Assembly: GCA_013239625.1 (NCBI GenBank)
Contig: MU054323.1
Location: forward strand, 8,483,220 to 8,547,219
Length of the DNA stretch: 64,000 nucleotides
Direction: 5' to 3'
Source of the DNA: Lama guanicoe
Lineage: Eukaryota
Shown here: positions 51,110 through 62,879 of the stretch, one piece after another
Layout of the letters: the number at the start of each line of letters is the position of its first letter
Numbering within the stretch: position 1 is the stretch's first letter
Program-made: the position numbers and the translations under genes
Notes under the pieces: generated by a model
What the model saw: the letters and a program-made list of their open reading frames with translations, nothing else
What the model was told of the DNA's origin: nothing
Database searches by the model: none

Positions 51110-51758
51110 GTAGGAGGCTGGGATGCGGGAAGTGGGCCCTGCTGGAGGGCAAGAGAGGGAAGGCAGGAGGCAGAACAGCCACAGCAGAGAATGTAGCTGG
51201 TAATTAGCATTAAGGAGGAGAGCTGCAGAGCCCTCAACTAGTCAAAGTGTTTGCAGTTGAAGTAAGGAGATAAATAGGGGTCTCCGTAGAATGAAAAGAT
51301 TCAGAAGTGAAAAGCAGGAGAGTCGCAGTGAAGGGCTGCGGGAGGGGTGGGGCAGTGGGGGCAGGCGGTGAAGCTAGAGGTTATCAGCACTTGAGGTCCA
51401 GTCTAGCTACTGGGGGTCCCAACTGCAGCTCTTCTTGTAGTGCAACCCTAGGCAAGTCACTCCACCTCTCTGGGTCTCAGTTTTCCCACCCATAAATAGA
51501 GATGACATCAGCTATCTAGCCAGGGTTGCAGTTGGGATTAAATTACATACATGCAGTGTTTGAGACGGTGCTGGTACATAACTGTGTCAATATATAGTAA
51601 TCACTCTCATCCTGGGAATTCTGGCCGTGTCTGTCCTGCAAGTAGGACTGGCCCTGGGCCTGGGAACAAGGAGAGACAAGAGGAGACTGGGGAGTTCAGA
51701 GGCGTAGGCACCCATGGGCCTAGGGAAATGAAAGTGAGCAGCCCGGGCTTCCCCGCAG

Positions 51759-51904
51759 GGGCAGCCTACTGCCAGTTCATGGACATGCTCTTCCCCGGCT
51801 GCGTGCACTTGAGGAAGGTGAAGTTCCAGGCCAAGCTAGAGCACGAATACATCCACAACTTCAAGGTGCTGCAAGCAGCTTTCAAGAAGATGGGTGTTGA
51901 CAAA
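51759..51904 (+). CDS. MAPRE3: MAPRE3 exon 3 ([49 protein letters not shown])
   Basis: CH domain sequence with AG/GT boundaries. 146 nt, phases consistent. Confidence 0.97.
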
Positions 51905-52508
51905 GTAGGTGCCTGTGCTCTGAGGGGCCCCAAGAAGCGGTGTGACCCCAGGGAAGAAGACGGCCCGCCAGCTGGGGCAGGAGGGGCTGCTGGGGTCATT
52001 CCAGCTCTCACCCCTCTCCACCCCCCGACTCTCCAGGGGGAATGTTCCCCCAGGTCAAACCCCACAACATTTGACATCCCATCCTGATGACCTTCCTGTC
52101 CCTTCCTCCTCTCTGGACCCTACACCCCAGCACTTGAGGCTCGGTATACTACTCCTATAAAGTTCCTCCTCTGTAGGGCCTGAGAAAACTCTCGGCTCAC
52201 TCTACTGCCTCGATGGCCCAGGACCCTGGTTCCGGCAGCCCTCACTCCACATGCAGGCAGCAGCACCAAGGGATGTCTCCCCACACATTTCCTCCTGTGC
52301 CTGGAGGAAAGGGCTGTCTCTGGACCCCGGGCCAGCCCCGGCAGCCTACTCATCTGCTCTGGTGCCACGGGAGGGGGGCCAGGTGGAGAAGGTGGAGGAT
52401 GCTGCAGCCCAGGGGCTGGCTTTCCTGAGAGCAGAGGCCCTCTCACAGAGGAAGGCAGCCCTCCAGCAGCAGGAGGTTAAAGTTCTCTGCTTATGTGGTC
52501 TATTTCAG

Positions 52509-52710
52509 ATCATTCCTGTAGAGAAATTAGTGAAAGGAAAATTCCAAGATAATTTTGAGTTTATTCAGTGGTTTAAGAAATTCTTTGACGCAAACTATGA
52601 TGGAAAGGATTACAACCCTCTGCTGGCGCGGCAGGGCCAGGACGTAGCACCACCTCCTAACCCAGGTGATCAGATCTTCAACAAATCCAAGAAACTCATT
52701 GGCACAGCAG
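52509..52710 (+). CDS. MAPRE3: MAPRE3 exon 4 ([35 protein letters not shown]...LIGTA)
   Basis: Acceptor tatttcag|, donor |gtaacg. 202 nt. Internal alternative donor after 52665. Confidence 0.97.
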
Positions 52711-54010
52711 GTAACGTGCCCGAGCTGGGGGAGGGAGTATGGGGGGCCGGGCCGGCTGGGCTCTACAGCCAGGAGTGCCCCCAGGGCCACCGGCCCGGCC
52801 CTGCCAGCCTAGAGGAGACTGTTATCACGGAGTTCAGATGACGCCGTCTGCTGCCCGCTTAGACGAGGGGGAGTCACAGTAGGGAGGACAGGCCTCCAAA
52901 GATTGCTACAGGAGAGCCACCGGCACCAGCCAAGGTGGCAGCTGGTGGTGGGAGGCTCCAGGGCACTTCCTTCTGTGGCCCCAGCTAACTTGTTTGCCTC
53001 GTGGATGATGAGGCATCATTCCTCCATCCTGGTCCATCCAGGCCAAGGGCCCGGTGCCAGCACTACAGACTCTTCCTGCCCTCTGCCCACTGGACGCCTG
53101 GGATGGGAGTTTACCAAGCTTGACTGTATCTTCCACCATTCCAAAAGCCCACTGCCCAAAGTCCTCAAGAGCTGAGTCTCTAGAAACCAGGCATTGTCTG
53201 GGTTCTGGAAGAGAAGGGGAAAAAGCAACAGGGCCTTTGGGGGATACGAGGGTCGGCGAGATGAAGAGAGAGGAGCAGCCCCAGCCCGCATCTGAACCCG
53301 TCATAGCAGAGCGGCTCCTCTGTTTGCGCTGCTGCCCTGCCTGGGCCTGCCCCCACTCACCTGCTTGCTTTGCATTAGAAGCTCTGTCTTGGGAGCTGCC
53401 ATAGCTAAAAAACAAGTGGCCACAGCATGCTGGGTGTGCGGGGGAGGAGCTGGGGGCCGGAGTCAGCCCAGCGGAGGGTACAGAGCCTGTCCTGAGGCGG
53501 GGGGCCCACAGGGACAGGGCCAGGCTTCTGTGTCTCTTCCAGTCTTGAGACTCTGAGGTCACCCACAGGGAGGGTGGCTATGGGCTGGGGCTTCTGTGAG
53601 GAAGGACCCAGTGAGAGCCAGACTTGAGACCCTGTGCCGGCTGCTTTTCCTCAGGCCCCAGCTATCAGTCTAAGAGGGTCCTCAACCCTCCAGCCCCACT
53701 CCCCAAATTCACCATCCCAGTTTCCCTCACCTCCCCCTCAGGCCAGCTCTCCTCCCTCCCCACACCTTCCATCTTCTTTAGTTCCCTAGTCCCTGCTCTC
53801 CCAGGCTTGCCAGAGGGCTGCCCAGCTGCTGTGGTGTCCCGTGTGGCTGTGGCTTGGGGCCTAGATGTAGATGCCCGTCCTGAGCGGGAGAGGGGGAGGG
53901 CGAGAGTGCCTGCTTTTCGCATGGGCCTGCCCAGCAGTCACACCAGGCTGTCTCATGCCATGTGAACTATGGGCTCGTGTGGCCCCATCTGACTTTTCTC
54001 CTCTGGGCAG

Positions 54011-54165
54011 TTCCACAGAGGACGTCCCCCACAGGCCCCAAAAATACGCAGACCTCTGGCCGGCTGAGCAACGTGGCTCCACCCTGCATCCTCCGGAAGA
54101 ATCCTCCATCAGCCCGAAATGGTGGCCATGAGACTGATGCCCAGATTCTTGAACTCAACCAGCAG
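54011..54165 (+). CDS. MAPRE3: MAPRE3 exon 5 (linker, VPQRTSPTGPKNTQTSGRLSNVAPPCILRKNPP...ELNQQ)
   Basis: EB3 linker sequence with AG/GT boundaries. 155 nt. Confidence 0.95.
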
Positions 54166-54292
54166 GTGAGTGGGGTGAACAAGGCCAGCTGACACAGCCC
54201 TGCCACAAAAGCCAGGCCCCTGGGGCGTCAGGTGGGAAGGGAGTCTGCGGGGGGGGGGGCTCTGGTTTGAATGCCAACTTCTCCCCGAGCAG

Positions 54293-54445
54293 CTATTGGA
54301 CTTGAAGCTGACAGTGGACGGGCTGGAGAAGGAGCGTGACTTCTACTTCAGCAAACTTCGAGATATTGAGCTCATCTGCCAGGAACACGAAAGTGAGAAC
54401 AGCCCTGTCATCTCGGGCATCATTGGCATTCTCTATGCCACCGAG
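54293..54445 (+). CDS. MAPRE3: MAPRE3 exon 6 (EBH domain, LLDLKLTVDGLEKERDFYFSKLRDIELICQE...ILYATE)
   Basis: EB homology motif EKERDFYFSKLRDIE. 153 nt, donor gtaaga. Confidence 0.97.
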
Positions 54446-54701
54446 GTAAGATCTGCCAGCACCTGCTGGGGCTTTCCCCATCCCGCCCAGCCCCAAGACC
54501 TGAAGGGGTGGGCCTGGAAGGAGCCTTGGAGAATGTGGGCTGAGGAGGGCAGCGAGCTGAAGTCACCAGTCCGAGGTCACGTAGAGCGTGAGCAGGGGGA
54601 GCAGGACTAGAACTCAGACCCTGGCCCCCAAGCTGCCTATAGGAGTCCATACCCTCAGCCTGCAGGCCGGCTCACCACTTCTCTCCCTTCCCACCCTCCA
54701 G

Positions 54702-54770
54702 GAAGGATTCGCACCCCCTGAGGACGATGAGATTGAGGAACACCAACAGGAAGACCAGGACGAGTACTGA
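54702..54770 (+). CDS. MAPRE3: MAPRE3 last coding exon (EGFAPPEDDEIEEHQQEDQDEY*)
   Basis: Acidic tail ending in Tyr. Exon lengths sum to 121+146+202+155+153+69 = 846 nt, or 281 aa plus stop. Confidence 0.97.
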   Translation, partial: EGFAPPEDDEIEEHQQEDQDEY

Positions 54771-55612
54771 GGGCAGCTCCAGCCCTGGCTGACTGCACGG
54801 CTTTCCGTGCCTCCCCACCCCGCTCCCACCCCCACATTATAATCCTTTCCTGACAGCCAGTCGGCCAGGTGCTTTCTGTCAGTGCCGCAGCTTTCGGGAG
54901 CCTGGTGAGCAGGGCTTAGGGGGACGGGGCAGGTGAGCAGGCAGAGGCCCCTCCTCCTGTGGCACAGGCCCAGTGGGCGGGACCCCTGCCCACTCCCCAC
55001 CCCTATTTATTTCCGTTGTCTTTATGCTGTGTCGGCCAACACTTCCCAGGGTGCCACTGCCACCCACCCCAGCCAGCCGCCTGCTCCCCTGACAGCCAGC
55101 AGCTGTATATTTGACAAAGTCATTGGTATATTTTTACTTACTGGATTTTCCTTGCACTTTACCTGTTCTTTTCCCAGGGCTGACAGCACGGGCTCCAGGG
55201 CAGCGTGCCTGGCTTGGCTTCCCTTCCCCGTTGCCAGGGCCATGGCAGGACTCACCGATTCTTATTTATTTTGTCTTTTGACTTCCCAGTAGTTGAGGGG
55301 AAGGCCGATGATGTCAGGAGAGGGATGGGGGACTGAGGAGGGGGTACCTTAGGCCCCGGTGGTCAGGGAGAGGGAGGGGAGCGTGCGAGGGATGAAAACG
55401 ACCTCCTGGCACCAGGCTCACCCACCCTTGGCCCCTGCCCCCAGCACCGAAGCCCAGCACTGCCCCGAGGCCCCCAGCCACTCCCCCTGCAGCTTGGTTC
55501 ATACCACACAGACTCTGCCTGGACCTTCCTGTATGTCTGCCTCCTCTCTGCCCGCCTCCCCAACCCCTGCCCCTCGGGCCACCCAGCCTGCATATGTGTT
55601 CACTTTTATTTA

Positions 55613-55618
55613 AATAAA
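55613..55618 (+). terminator. MAPRE3: MAPRE3 polyadenylation signal AATAAA
   Basis: AATAAA about 840 nt after the stop, preceded by a U-rich element (cacttttattt). Confidence 0.75.
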
Positions 55619-56849
55619 CTTGTGTGGTAAAAGTCCATGCCATGTCTCCCTCAACTGAGCCACAGCCTGGTCTCAGTGCTTTCCTCCTGAGCAGCCGCCT
55701 CTTCAGAGGTGATGGCCGTGGAGCTCAGCACCACTGCCGTCCTCCCTCTGGCCCAGAAACCACCACTGGCTTCACCTCAGAGCCAAGCTCCGACCTGGTC
55801 CCCATCTCCCAACACTGCTGCCAGGCCTCTTAGAGAAGGCACAGGGACCCCGACCCCCAGTCCCTGAAGAGGAATGAAGTTCAAGGCCATGGCCGTGATG
55901 ATGGGCAGCTCTGGGGTAATGGGGGACCTGACTGAAAGGTGCTGCATTTCAGTCTCCTTTGGGCTGGTAAGACTGCATATTGTCCCCCACCCTTGTCGAA
56001 GCTCACACACCCCACAACAGTGATCCAGATGGGGGCAAGGGCTCATGTGACAGAGCTGAGTGGGTTACAAAGAGCAAGCAGCTCTAAGCACCAAAGCCCA
56101 GAAGGACAGCAATGTCCAAGGGGTTCCTTCTACAGAACAGGCTCTAATGGGAACCAGCAGCGGGGAACTCTGTCACATTCACACAGGCCTGCGTTCCTGG
56201 TGGGCGCCCTGGCCAAGCACCATCATAACCAATGTCCTGGAGGCCCAACAGGGAACGAGGGCGCTGAAATCAATGTGGTACCAGGCCCATTCAAACAGAG
56301 CCTTGGTTGCCATATAGACCAGCTCCTCATTTACTGATGAGGGGACTGAGACCTGCATGCGACATGGCTCACTCGAGGTGGTAAAAACCAGGACTAGAAT
56401 TCAGTCCTCCTGATTCATCGTTCAGGGCTCATCCCCTAATACCATAGAGGTGTGACCCCCAGAATGTTCCTCTAGCTTCAGGTAGATGTTTCCTTGCCGT
56501 CCTGAGTGTGACCAAGATACCATGGGAGTTGTGTTTCTTCCGTGGCCCTGCCCCATGACCCTCCTTCCAGACTGCCACCATTTCTCCAATGACTCCAGTT
56601 ATAAGCCTGAAATAAGTAAACTATGCGTGTTCATTCCTCATTCACTTCACTTTCTCCGTTTGACTCTCACCCCCACATACAGAGACTTCTGGCCTTCTTC
56701 TATTTTTCTCCTCCAAGTTCCTTGCCTGCTTTTATTTATCTTTATGATTTTTAATTCCTGTGCCTAATTTTAAAAGGTTTTTCCTCCATTACTCCAGGTA
56801 AAGTCAAAGGATAAGGTAGTTGTTCTGCGTTGCCCAATGTTCATCTTCC

Positions 56850-57338
56850 AGCTGAGACCTCAGAGATGTCCACATCACAATCCCTGGAACCTCTGGCTAT
56901 GTTAGGTTAGCTGGCAAAGGGAAATAAAGGAGCAGATGGAATTAAGTTGCTTATCAATTGACCTGAAAATAGGGAGAGTATCCTGGATTATCCAGGTGGG
57001 CCCAACTTAACTGCAAGGGTCCATAAAATGGGGGTGGGGGTGGGGCAGGAGGTCAGAGTGATGCAGTGTGAGGAGGACTTGACCCGCTGTTGCTGGTTTT
57101 GAAGACAGAAGGGAGCTATGAGCAAAGGAATTCGGTCAGCCTCTAGATGCTGGGAAAGACAGGGAAATATTCTCCCTGAGAGCCTCCACGAAGGACCACT
57201 GCCCTGCAGATATGGTATTTTAGCCCAGTGAGACCCTGACAGACTTCTGCCTTTCAGAACTGGAAGATAATAAGTGTGTGTTGTTTTAAACCACTAAGTT
57301 TGTGGCAATTTGTTACAGCAACAACAGGAAACTAATAG
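56850..57338 (+). mobile_element. MLT1D-like solo LTR
   Basis: agatgtccacatcacaatccctggaacc...atcctggattatccaggtgggccca...ttgttttaaaccactaagtttgtggcaatttgttacagcaacaacaggaaactaata. Confidence 0.8.
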
Positions 57339-58935
57339 AGTGGGTCAAACTGCTTCAGTATGCTCACTCTTCTTCTTGCCCCCACACTAGACACGCAGCC
57401 ATCCTCCTTGATCCAGTCTTTTGACTGTTCCCTCAAACCCTGTAAGTACCTGCCCAAGCCCACTTCCATGGCTAGGCTGCTCTTCGAACACCCAGAGCTC
57501 AGGGATGTAAAGCCGCTGCCTCCTCCCCAACCTCTGGAACACTTGGGATAGTGAACTGTAATTTTCTGTTTACACATTTGTCTCCCACACAGACTTTGAG
57601 TTCCTCTCAAGCAAGTGAGGTGTGTCTTCTAGCTCCACCTAGCACTGTGCTAGGCGCTTAAGTAGAGAAAGTGCTTAGGAAATGCTGCTGGATAAGTAAG
57701 TGAATGACTTCTAGCCCCTACATGCCAAGTTCCAACAGATGAGCTACCAGACCATTCTAAGGAACGATAGAAATAAAGCCCCTCCCCACCCTTCTATATA
57801 TCTCCACCATGGAATACTCTCCTTTGCGTCTATGGAAAGCCTGTTCTGTTTCTCTTCCAAAAACAGTGCCTTTTCTGTAGCCATTCATGTGACACAGAGG
57901 AGGTAGAACAAAGGGGATATTGTCAGAGTAGAGCTAAATCAATGATCTGGAAAAAATGAACTGATTAATGATCAGCTCAGGTATGGTCCTTGGCAAAAGC
58001 ACTCCATCTCAGAGCTACCTGAAGCAAAATCAGCTATGATCAGGTCTGAAGGAGCTGGAGGGAAGGCAGGAAGAAGCAAGAGCTATTATCTCCCACCTCC
58101 TATCTTTTCCCCACCCCAACTCATCCTTCATATATCCCCATTTACCTTTCCAAAAGTGGATCATGCCAATTTCCTACTGGCTTCCCAGGGTCTAGAGGAT
58201 AAAGTTTGAAATTGGCAAGCAAGGCCCATGACATATGGGGCTCAGATCCCTTTCCAACCTCATCACCTCCAAAGTCCATTAAGCACTGTCACATTGAACT
58301 ACTTCCACTCTCCCAGCCTTGCCCTGCTGGGTCCCATCTCTAGGCCTTATCTTAAACCAATAAATCCATACAACTGGCTTGTTCTCTCCACTTGTCCTGA
58401 TCCCCAACCAATGAAAATTCCTCAAGACCCATCTCAGATGCCATCTCCTTCAGGAAGCCTTCTCTAATCTCCTTCCTAAGGAATTCATTACTCTCTAAGC
58501 TATTCATCCTGGGGAAATTGGACTCCTAGTTCTTACTATAAGGACTTCTCTGTCTTGTCCCCAGTATGGCAGGTATGAATCTCATATTCAAATGTAGGCG
58601 TGTGCATGAAATAGCACATTTCCTTAACTGTGATAAATCACTTCCAGTTCACCTTCCCTCATCCTCTCCTACTGGGATGCTTCAAGTTTTGAGGACTCAC
58701 ATGATACTACAAGCCTGGTGGAAGGCCCTCCAGAGATAGTGAATGTGTAAGCAGTAACCTGTTTGAGTGGTTCCTCAGGTCTGGGGCTGAGGATTGATCA
58801 TTCCCTGTCACAGCTGGGACTTGGGACTGTCTCTTGTGGTGGCAGTCAGAGCCCTTCTTTCACCTTGCCTGGAAGGGGAAACCCAGCCCTGACTGTCCCA
58901 GGCCCCCAGACTTTTCTCTGCCTCCTATCAGAAGA

Positions 58936-58988
58936 ACTCTCCACTCCTAGCTTCCTACTCTCCACTCCTAGCTTCCTGCCCTCCACTC
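58936..58988. repeat. 21-bp tandem duplication (2 perfect units plus a partial one)
   Basis: ACTCTCCACTCCTAGCTTCCT at 58936-58956 and 58957-58977, then gccctccactc. Confidence 0.9.
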
Positions 58989-59299
58989 ATTGCATATTCC
59001 CACAAGCTCCATCCTCTTCCTTGACCCTTCACAATAGATTTTTATAGCCCATTATACCCAAAGTTAATTCCTAGGAACAGAAACACTAGCATTTTCCTAG
59101 AAGGAAGGACGTATTTACTCTTCAGACTCTCCTGGGAGGTAAGGAGAACTATTTTCATTCCATCCTCCTTGCACAACTAGAACTGAAAGAAAAACAGAAA
59201 CAGTTAAATTTCCACCGAGTCACCAATGTCTTCACACAGTAGGTGCTCAATAAAAGTATTCTGAACATAATAGCCTCCCATTTCAACATCTTTGCCAGG

Positions 59300-59880
59300 C
59301 TGTTTTTGGCTGCGAAGGAGCCCGAACGCCCATCAGACCCTTTGCTAGGCAGAACCCTGCAAACACGGAAAGACTACAAGTCCCAGGCTGCCTTGCGGGT
59401 GGCGTCACGCGCCGAGAGGCCCTGCGAGGAGACGTGGCAGAGCGTGGCGCGTCCGAACCGGACGGGAAAGCCCAGGGAGGTGGCCGTGGCGGGAGGGTCG
59501 GAGCCATGGCGGCCAGGACGGCGGGTGGGGGGCGCTGGGAGGTAGTGAAGAAGGGGCGGCGGCCTGGGGCCGGCGGCAGTGGTAAAGGCGGCGGAGGGGA
59601 CCGCCGGGCGCTCGGGGAGGCGAATGGAGTGTGGAAGTACGACTTGACCCGTGAGTACCCACCCGGCCCGCCGCCGGCCCCGGGCCTGCACCCCCCAGGT
59701 TGTAGCGAGCAGCCACCGGAGCCCAGAGGGTCACAATACCCCTGGGCTTCTCGAGGCGCGAGCTCTTCAGCCGTTTGGTACCTCCCAGTTGAGCCGGCAC
59801 TACGCCGGCGTTGTCTCTCTTGAGCCTCTCAAGAGGTAGACGCCGCGAGGTAGGTCGCTGTCCTTACCTCGCAGATGAGT
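59300..59880 (+). promoter_or_regulatory. TMEM214: TMEM214 CpG-island promoter with ZNF143 (SBS) and CREB3/XBP1-like motifs
   Basis: CpG-dense. ACTACAAGTCCCAGGCTGCCTTGCG at 59373-59397, CGTCA at 59403 and GACGTGGCA at 59431-59439. Confidence 0.8.
59506..59650 (+). CDS. TMEM214: TMEM214 exon 1 (MAARTAGGGRWEVVKKGRRPG...GEANGVWKYDLT)
   Basis: Kozak gccATGg and recognisable TMEM214 N-terminus WEVVKKGRR. Donor gtgagt. 145 nt. Confidence 0.95.
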
Positions 59881-60596
59881 AACTGAGGCTCCCCGAAGTT
59901 AGATGCCTTTCCCAGGATCATATATCGGAGGGATCCGGGATTCTGGTCTTCGGACGCTCAGCTGACTGTACACACGCCCTACCAGCTGTTCCCAGGTCCT
60001 AGCCTGGCCTCTCCTTGCAGGTGTCCGAAAGCTAGGGAGAGACATCCTGGTGCATCCTACATGTTGTCCCCTCCATAAGTAACCAGCAGGTCGGGGATGG
60101 GGATGAGGACTGGGACACACTAGGCCGTGCAGCGACAGAAATGACCCACCACACACTCTCCACATTCACCAAGTATTTTTCTAAGTGGTGCCTTTTTCCT
60201 CGAAGCATCCTGAAAGAGTGGAGAAATCTTGCCACTTGTTGATTATAGAGTTGTCACATCTGAACCAAGAGGAATTGGGATAGAACCAAGACGGGAAAAT
60301 CCTGATCTCCCAGACTGGTAGCCATCCAACAAAGTAGCCAGCCCTCTGTGCCCAACTCCTCCAGTTCTCACATACTCTGATTTCCTAATGAAGAAATGCC
60401 TCATCTCTGTGAAAGCCCATGAACTCAAGAGCTGTGATGATTGAAAGAATCAACCAGGAGGGCTCCCTGCCCGGCTTCTTAAGCAGAACAGCAAGAAGGG
60501 GCTTTGAGGCAGGCTCCTCAGGGGAAGGGACCACTGCTCCTCTGAGGCCCTCGTGACTCAAGGCAGGCCCCCTTTCTCTGCCTGTCATCACTCCAG

Positions 60597-60796
60597 CTCC
60601 AATCCAGACGACAAGCACTCTGTACGAGCGGGGCTTTGAGAAAATCATGAAGCGGCAGAATAAGGAGCAGGTTCCACCCCCTGCTGTGGAGCCTAAAAAG
60701 CCGGGGAACAAGAAACAGACTAAGAAGGTAGCGACCCTCGCCAACCAGAACCAGAAGCAAGGCCGCTTTCGCAGCCTGGAGGAGGCACTGAAAGCT
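60597..60796 (+). CDS. TMEM214: TMEM214 exon 2 (PPIQTTSTLYERGFEKIMKRQNKEQVPPP...SLEEALKA)
   Basis: AG/GT boundaries, 200 nt, phase 1 to 0. Confidence 0.93.
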
Positions 60797-61324
60797 GTGA
60801 GTGTGCCCTAGACTTTAGGCAGGGAAAGAATGTTAACATGAGGTGTAGAGAAAGGGAAAGAAGCGGGAGGGGGACGGGCCTGGGGAATGTGGGACACTGC
60901 TGGTTGAGAGGAGGCATTCAGGAGAGGATGGAAACCCCAAGGGATACAGTGTTTGCACTCTGGATAGAAAAGAAATAAATTCATAGAGAAACAGATTAGT
61001 GAGAGGAGAGCCTTGAAAATCCAGGGATACCAAAGAGAGTTTAAAGATACCCTTGTGGTTCCTCCTACCACGGAAGGAGTGATCTTTCATTTTCCACCTT
61101 ACCTCCTATTTTTCCCCTTGAAAATGTGAAGGGTCCATCAATATTAGGCCTTGAGATCAGCAGGTACACCTGTCCTAGTCTCTAAAATCTGGCATTCTAC
61201 ATACTTACATTTAAAAATAGAAGTCATTTGTTCTTCCTACCACCACCTAGTTCAGCCATTTTCCCGCTTCTGCCCCTTTACTGTACACCCACAATTCACC
61301 ATGAGGGGCCTGTGTTCCTGGCAG

Positions 61325-61475
61325 CTGGACATGGCAGCTCTGCAGAGGGAACTGGACAAGAGCCAGAGCGTGTTCTCTGGGAACCCATCCGTGTGGTTGA
61401 AGGACCTGGCCAGCTATCTCAACTACAAGCTCCAAGTACCTCCAAGTGAACCCACACTAAGCCAGCATACTCACG
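61325..61475 (+). CDS. TMEM214: TMEM214 exon 3 (LDMAALQRELDKSQSVFSGNPSVWLKDLASYLNYKL...QHTH)
   Basis: AG/GT boundaries, 151 nt. Confidence 0.93.
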
Positions 61476-61777
61476 GTCAGTTCTCCCAACTCCCTCAAGC
61501 TCAGACAAGTTCAAGAAAATTGTGAAAGGGCTGTATGTAAGCACTTCACTTAGTGACTGAGTCCAGTGTCCCCTACTGCTTTGATTTACATGGATGATTT
61601 GCCTATTGTCAAATCATCATGGCTTGAAAGTTTCTGGGCCTCATTGAAATAAGGAGGATGCCAGCCACAGTGCAATGACCTGTGCCTCCACCTACAGTTC
61701 TCAGGGAGCAAACGAGAGCTCTCAGAGCTGGCAGAGGCTCCAGGTCATGGCACTCACGGGAGGCCTATCGGCCCCAG

Positions 61778-61912
61778 ATTATCCCTACAGCTTGGTGAGC
61801 CGGGAGCTGCGTGGGATCATCCGAGGGCTACTGGCGAAGGCAGCAGGGTGCCTGGAGCTCTTTTTTGACCACTGTCTGTTCACCATGCTACAAGAACTGG
61901 ATAAGACACCAG
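61778..61912 (+). CDS. TMEM214: TMEM214 exon 4 (DYPYSLVSRELRGIIRGLL...QELDKTP)
   Basis: AG/GT boundaries, 135 nt, phase 1-1. Confidence 0.93.
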
Positions 61913-62143
61913 GTGAGAGGGGCCTGTGAGGAATAGCCCAGCCCCGTCTTGGGAGCCTACTCCCTTTTTCCTGCTTCCAGAGTAGCTAGATGGTTCTGTT
62001 TCCAGTAGAGAAACATGCTAATTCCAATACTCTGGGAAAGGGAGGAGGAAGTTAGGACTTCCTGGGCCTGAGTTCTGGGCTCTCAGCTGCCAAAAGGGAG
62101 ACTACAGTTTGGGATGTAGGTCTGAGAACATACATCTCTCTAG

Positions 62144-62226
62144 GGGAGTCACTACATGGTTACCGCATCTGTATCCAGGCCATTCTGCAAGACAAACCCA
62201 AGATTGCCACCACGAACCTGGGCAAG
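62144..62226 (+). CDS. TMEM214: TMEM214 exon 5 (GESLHGYRICIQAILQDKPKIATTNLGK)
   Basis: ctctctag| ... |gtgagc. 83 nt, in frame with neighbouring exons. Confidence 0.92.
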
Positions 62227-62667
62227 GTGAGCTCAGGGTTGTGGGGACATTAGGAGGCTGGGACTGAGGAAGCTGGGAAGAATCTACACTGTTAGACCCA
62301 ATTAAGGGGTAGTGGGAGACCTTCTGAGACCAGTAATAACAGCTAACGCCGTTAGCGCTTATTGTATCTACTTTGTATATATATGAGGCAGGTACTGCTG
62401 TTATTCCCGTTTTATAGATGAGAAGATTGAGCCACAGAGGGGTTCAGTAACTTTCCTAGAGTTGGTCAACTAGTAAGTGGAAAATATGGGTGAAGGCCAC
62501 AGCGGTGCCAGAGCCTGTGCTCTGAGTCACTCCACCACACTCCCGTACTGCTCCACTGTCCTGCCTACCCCTTCTCTCCAAGCTGGCATCTCTCTTCCTC
62601 CCTGGCTTTCGGGATGCTCCTAGTGCTTTGCCCTTTCCCATCCTGCCTCCCTCACCGGTCTCCTCAG

Positions 62668-62773
62668 TTCCTGGAACTGCTGAGGTCCCACCAGAGCCGA
62701 CCAGCGAAGTGTCTGACCATCATGTGGGCCCTGGGTCAAGCAGGTTTTGCGAACCTCACCGAGGGACTGAAAG
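62668..62773 (+). CDS. TMEM214: TMEM214 exon 6 (FLELLRSHQSRPAKCLTIMWALGQAGFANLTEGLK)
   Basis: AG/GT boundaries, 106 nt. Confidence 0.93.
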
Positions 62774-62879
62774 GTAATGAGGAAGTGGGGAAGAAAGAAG
62801 GATGGTTTGGGAACCAGAAAGCTCCTCTTTAATGTCCCCAGTGGATTCAATCCTGAGGCTTCCTCCCTGACCTTTTCAG

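Noticed and set aside
52906..53562. 218-aa minus-strand ORF in MAPRE3 intron 4
   Set aside because: GC-rich intronic sequence with a non-ATG start and no recognisable domain.
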